Positions 60,936 through 64,000 of a stretch of 64,000 nucleotides of DNA are shown here, one piece after another; within the stretch, counting starts at the first letter, position 1; the number at the start of each line of letters is the position of its first letter. The notes below the pieces were generated by a model, which was not told the origin of the DNA, made no database searches, and saw nothing but the letters and a program-made list of their open reading frames with translations. This stretch comes from Gammaproteobacteria bacterium (GTDB lineage Bacteria > Pseudomonadota > Gammaproteobacteria > UBA4575), in contig CBDEUS010000001.1 in NCBI GenBank assembly GCA_965243395.1, positions 224,001-288,000 on the forward strand, written 5' to 3'. Made by a program: the position numbers and the translations under genes.

Positions 60936-61247
60936 GTGAAATATCAACTTGTTATTCAATTTCCAGCTGAGTCTCAAAATGACTTCGACAATCTTATCGA
61001 AATTGAGAATGAATTAATAAAAAAGTTAACTGGTGACTCAGAAGTTGATGGGCATGATTTCGGAAGTGGAGAAATGAATATATTCATCTTCACGAATGAG
61101 CCTAATAAAACATTTAGTCATGTCATTACTATGTTAACAAGTAGAGATGAAAATATTTCGAATATGAAAGCTGGCTATAGAGTCATTGAAGATGAGGATT
61201 TCACTGTACTGTGGCCTAATGATCTAACAGAATTTGTAGTACGATGA
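60936..61247 (+). CDS. Cassette gene: hypothetical protein
   Basis: 103 aa, VDGHDFGSGEMNIFI; TGA in the site arm. Confidence 0.75.
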   Translation: MKYQLVIQFPAESQNDFDNLIEIENELIKKLTGDSEVDGHDFGSGEMNIFIFTNEPNKTFSHVITMLTSRDENISNMKAGYRVIEDEDFTVLWPNDLTEFVVR

Positions 61248-61271
61248 CCGCTAACGACCCAAAGCGGATAT
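61244..61271 (+). repeat. Solo 28-bp site (B type)
   Basis: atgaccgctaa-cgaccc-aaagcggatat. Confidence 0.88.
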
Positions 61272-61303
61272 TAGTTAATATTAATATCTAACAAAATACT
61301 ACT

Positions 61304-61645
61304 GTGTCTATTAAATTTCACTTCATGCTTGGATTGATATTATTGGCATTGTATGGATTATTTTTATTTAAAATTGAATCTATTCTTCCGTATTTTTATG
61401 ATGTATTAAGTGGAGATGTGCGCTCCAGTGGCCCTAGATACACCTATTGGGCCATTTGTATAGTTCTTGTTTTACCTTCAGTTTCAGTGTTCTTCTTTCT
61501 TTTTGGAAATAAAGTCAGTGATTGGTTATCTATGTACGTAAGACATGGTGATTTTTATACTAAAGGAGTGATTTATTTATTTGGATACATCAGTCTAATG
61601 TTTTCAGTAATAGTTATATTCTTATTTAAGTTAATAGAATATTAA
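61304..61645 (+). CDS. Cassette gene: 3-TM membrane protein
   Basis: Three hydrophobic segments; TAA overlaps the first base of the next site. Confidence 0.65.
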   Translation: MSIKFHFMLGLILLALYGLFLFKIESILPYFYDVLSGDVRSSGPRYTYWAICIVLVLPSVSVFFFLFGNKVSDWLSMYVRHGDFYTKGVIYLFGYISLMFSVIVIFLFKLIEY

Positions 61646-61672
61646 TATCTGCTATTGGTCGAAAGGAGACAA
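61645..61672 (+). repeat. Solo 28-bp site (A-like)
   Basis: atatctgctat-tggtcg-aaaggagacaa. Confidence 0.78.
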
Positions 61673-61678
61673 ATTTAA

Positions 61679-61834
61679 ATGGCTAAAGATGAATCGTTAG
61701 AAAAGTTTGAAAAAGAATACGAAGAAACTCGTAAGAAAATTGAAGAGATTGAAGATAAGGCGCTTCGGAAAATTAGGAAAAAAGACCGATCAAACAGTAA
61801 CGGTGATAATGGAATTGGTGACCGCCCTGAATGA
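61679..61834 (+). CDS. Cassette gene: 51-aa peptide resembling sigma70 region 4.2
   Basis: Manual translation MAKDESLEKFEKEYEETRKKIEEIEDKALRKIRKKDRSNSNGDNGIGDRPE*; AGGAG SD supplied by the site arm; TGA in the next site arm. Confidence 0.7.
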   Translation: MAKDESLEKFEKEYEETRKKIEEIEDKALRKIRKKDRSNSNGDNGIGDRPE

Positions 61835-61858
61835 CCGCTAATGGCCGAAAGCAGAAAT
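61831..61858 (+). repeat. Solo 28-bp site (A type)
   Basis: atgaccgctaa-tggccg-aaagcagaaat. Confidence 0.85.
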
Positions 61859-61870
61859 TACACTAAATAA

Positions 61871-62284
61871 ATGTTCAATCTAAAAAATAAAATTTTCTTG
61901 ATTGCTCTGATCGTTGGATTAGTGCTTTTATTAATTGGTTGTTCAAAATCTCATGATCTCGATATAGATAAAATTACCTCAATTACTGTTACCCATCTTG
62001 GTGACAATGATTCATTAAATGATCTGATAGAGTTTTGTGTGGGGACGTCAGAACTATCCAATACTAAGAAATGGCTTAGACACAATAGGGACGATTGGAA
62101 ATCTCACATAGATACAGAACCAGCAGGAAAATTATTAATATCAGGTCACGGATTTAGGCTAAATGTTGGTGATTCGTGGGTGATAATGATTTGTGATCAT
62201 GATGACGGAGAAACTCATCGATTAACAAAAACTATATCTCCTGCGGAATTTAGTTATTTGGATAAATCTGAAAAATTACAATGA
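61871..62284 (+). CDS. Cassette gene: hypothetical lipoprotein
   Basis: LIGC lipobox; TGA in the site arm. Confidence 0.72.
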   Translation: MFNLKNKIFLIALIVGLVLLLIGCSKSHDLDIDKITSITVTHLGDNDSLNDLIEFCVGTSELSNTKKWLRHNRDDWKSHIDTEPAGKLLISGHGFRLNVGDSWVIMICDHDDGETHRLTKTISPAEFSYLDKSEKLQ

Positions 62285-62381
62285 CCGCTTATGGCCGAAA
62301 GCAGTCATAATTTAAGGTGAACTAGGTTGGATTCAATAAAATACCGGCACAAGATGTTTGGCATTGACCCAAAGATGACAT
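62281..62381 (+). repeat. Doublet site (45-bp linker)
   Basis: atgaccgctta-tggccg-aaagcagtcat +45 bp+ atgtttggcat-tgaccc-aaagatgacat. Confidence 0.88.
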
Positions 62382-62482
62382 GATTTATGCCATTCAGTAT
62401 TTAGCTGATTGGTTGGAATAAAATTTAGTGCCAATATCATTATCTTCGCACATAGGGGAAATTCACATATCGGGAGTATTCC

Positions 62483-63148
62483 ATGAAAACTAAGTTAGCT
62501 TTTGTAATTGTATTATTACTTGGTGGTTGCCAAACACCAAATGTTCCAGATGATTTTAGCTTTGAGCCAAGCGCTGATAAAAATACAGGAATTATAATTG
62601 GTTCAGTGACTCAAAATAATGATGTTTCGAATGCTACTGTGGCAGATTTCAGAATTGATCATCAATTAAAAAAAGATACAAAACTTTTGTACTCAATGAA
62701 CACTAATGAGCTGTTGGGCGGATTTGCAAATAAGTTTGGATTTGAAGAAGGAAATCTTGGTGGACGTATGTTCGTTGTGGAAGTTGAAGAAGGAGATCAC
62801 CAGTTAGATTACTGGTCGATAAATCACAACAATAACTACCTCATTATTTATCCAAAAGTACCGCCGCCAAAACTTGAATTTAGTTTAGAACATGGACAAA
62901 TTATGTATATTGGTAATTTTCATATAGATATCGTAGCAGAAAAGAATTTTTTAGGCGCGTTATTGCCCCTAGGTGGAGAGCCATCAATAAATAATAAATA
63001 TCCTAGAGATATAGAATTAATATATGAAAAATACCCTCAGCTTAAGGATAAAGAAATAACCATAAATGTCTTACATGAAGGCACATGGATAAACGAGATT
63101 CATGAAGAGGAAGAATTAGAAATACCTACATCCAAAGAACAGTCATGA
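62483..63148 (+). CDS. Cassette gene: hypothetical lipoprotein
   Basis: LGGC lipobox; GIIIGSV...F....G...YIG. Confidence 0.72.
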   Translation: MKTKLAFVIVLLLGGCQTPNVPDDFSFEPSADKNTGIIIGSVTQNNDVSNATVADFRIDHQLKKDTKLLYSMNTNELLGGFANKFGFEEGNLGGRMFVVEVEEGDHQLDYWSINHNNNYLIIYPKVPPPKLEFSLEHGQIMYIGNFHIDIVAEKNFLGALLPLGGEPSINNKYPRDIELIYEKYPQLKDKEITINVLHEGTWINEIHEEEELEIPTSKEQS

Positions 63149-63828
63149 AAAATATCATTATTTTTTTAGCATGTATTTTATTGGTCAAATTCGCTTATGC
63201 AAATGAGTCGAATCGAGATATTCCAGACCCTCAAAAAATTATAGATGCATATAATAATGCCGAGTGCTGCATTTTCATTGATCAACTTAAACCTACAAAG
63301 CTAGATAAACGGACCAGACTAGATTTATATCTCTATGAGTCAAAAAATCTTCTTGAACTATCTACTGGACCAACTTTTGCAGCCCTTGTGGAAATTCCAC
63401 TAAGTAATAAAAAAGAGAGATACGAAGTCGAGACTAACGTTATGCATGTAGGTGATGATTTATATGTATATTTTCCTTATGTAGCATTTTTGAATGATGA
63501 ACTAAAGTTATTAGGCACATCTGATTTCACACATAGTAATTATAGTGGTAAGTCTTTATTTCAACCAACAGGAATTTTGAATTTTAATTTCAATCTTGAT
63601 CCAAATTTAAAAGGCGATGAAGCAGTAAGATATCTCTTAATCTACACACGTAAAAAACATTTTTCACAAAATACTACAGATCAATTGAAAGAAGAATCTC
63701 GAAATGTCAGATTGAAAGAAATATCTCTAGAGTATGCAAACACTGTAAGCGAATACATTCAAAGAGACTTGCTTTATGGATTGCCTGGAGGAAAGGTGAG
63801 CGTATCAAATAAAGGCAAGTTTTTTTAA
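63145..63828 (+). CDS. Cassette gene: exported protein (weak MalM-like resemblance)
   Basis: Signal peptide; ATGA overlap with the previous gene; YFP.VAFL, RYLLIYT. Confidence 0.6.
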   Translation: MKNIIIFLACILLVKFAYANESNRDIPDPQKIIDAYNNAECCIFIDQLKPTKLDKRTRLDLYLYESKNLLELSTGPTFAALVEIPLSNKKERYEVETNVMHVGDDLYVYFPYVAFLNDELKLLGTSDFTHSNYSGKSLFQPTGILNFNFNLDPNLKGDEAVRYLLIYTRKKHFSQNTTDQLKEESRNVRLKEISLEYANTVSEYIQRDLLYGLPGGKVSVSNKGKFF

Positions 63829-63860
63829 GTCAATAAATATCTAATTATAATTTGAATTGA

Positions 63861-63888
63861 TTGGCCGCTTACGACCCAAAGCGGACAT
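63861..63888 (+). repeat. Solo 28-bp site (B type)
   Basis: ttggccgctta-cgaccc-aaagcggacat. Confidence 0.85.
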
Positions 63889-64000
63889 CCGACTATTGCC
63901 ATTCGAGCTATAAAATTATCCATACACACCATTTTGCTTACATTGAAGAATTGTTGGAGTATGCTGAATTCTCAATAATTTAAAAATAATTAGTATTAAT

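Larger units (their letters stand above)
58246..63888 (+). mobile_element. Cassette array 2: 9 intervals (10 genes) delimited by the same 28-bp sites
   Basis: Sites start at 58246 (degenerate), 58336, 58982/59055, 59531, 60273/60346, 60902, 61244, 61645, 61831, 62281/62354 and 63861; all genes on plus; may continue beyond the window. Confidence 0.85.

Noticed and set aside
58246-63888. CRISPR array
   Set aside because: The repeats are 28 bp and palindromic but degenerate, are separated by whole genes or a conserved (not unique) linker, and no cas genes are present.

Overview
AT-rich gammaproteobacterial chromosome segment. The housekeeping backbone includes ppsA/ppsR, prs-rplY-pth-ychF, tRNA-Met, pckG, two c-di-GMP enzymes plus a c-di-GMP-I riboswitch, mazG, nadC, egtD, argF/argD/argG, grxD, rnt, mlaA and folE. 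A ~20.5 kb element is integrated at tRNA-Met (8132-28695, 45-bp att duplication). It has a phage-satellite-like core (tyrosine integrase, Xis/AlpA-like HTH, AAA_25-type helicase, TerS-like protein) and cargo including an RHS toxin. The main finding is an integron-like gene-cassette system that lacks attC sites. Two arrays of short, co-oriented, unrelated genes (8.3-12.1 kb on minus, inside the island; 58.2-63.9 kb on plus, outside it) are separated by a 28-bp 11-6-11 palindromic site, consensus ATGWCCGCTWW-(TGGCCG or CGACCC)-AAAGCRGWCAT. The site occurs alone or as A-linker-B doublets with a conserved linker of exactly 45 or 55 bp, and gene stop codons often lie inside the site arm. All family assignments come from motif recognition by eye; no database searches were run.
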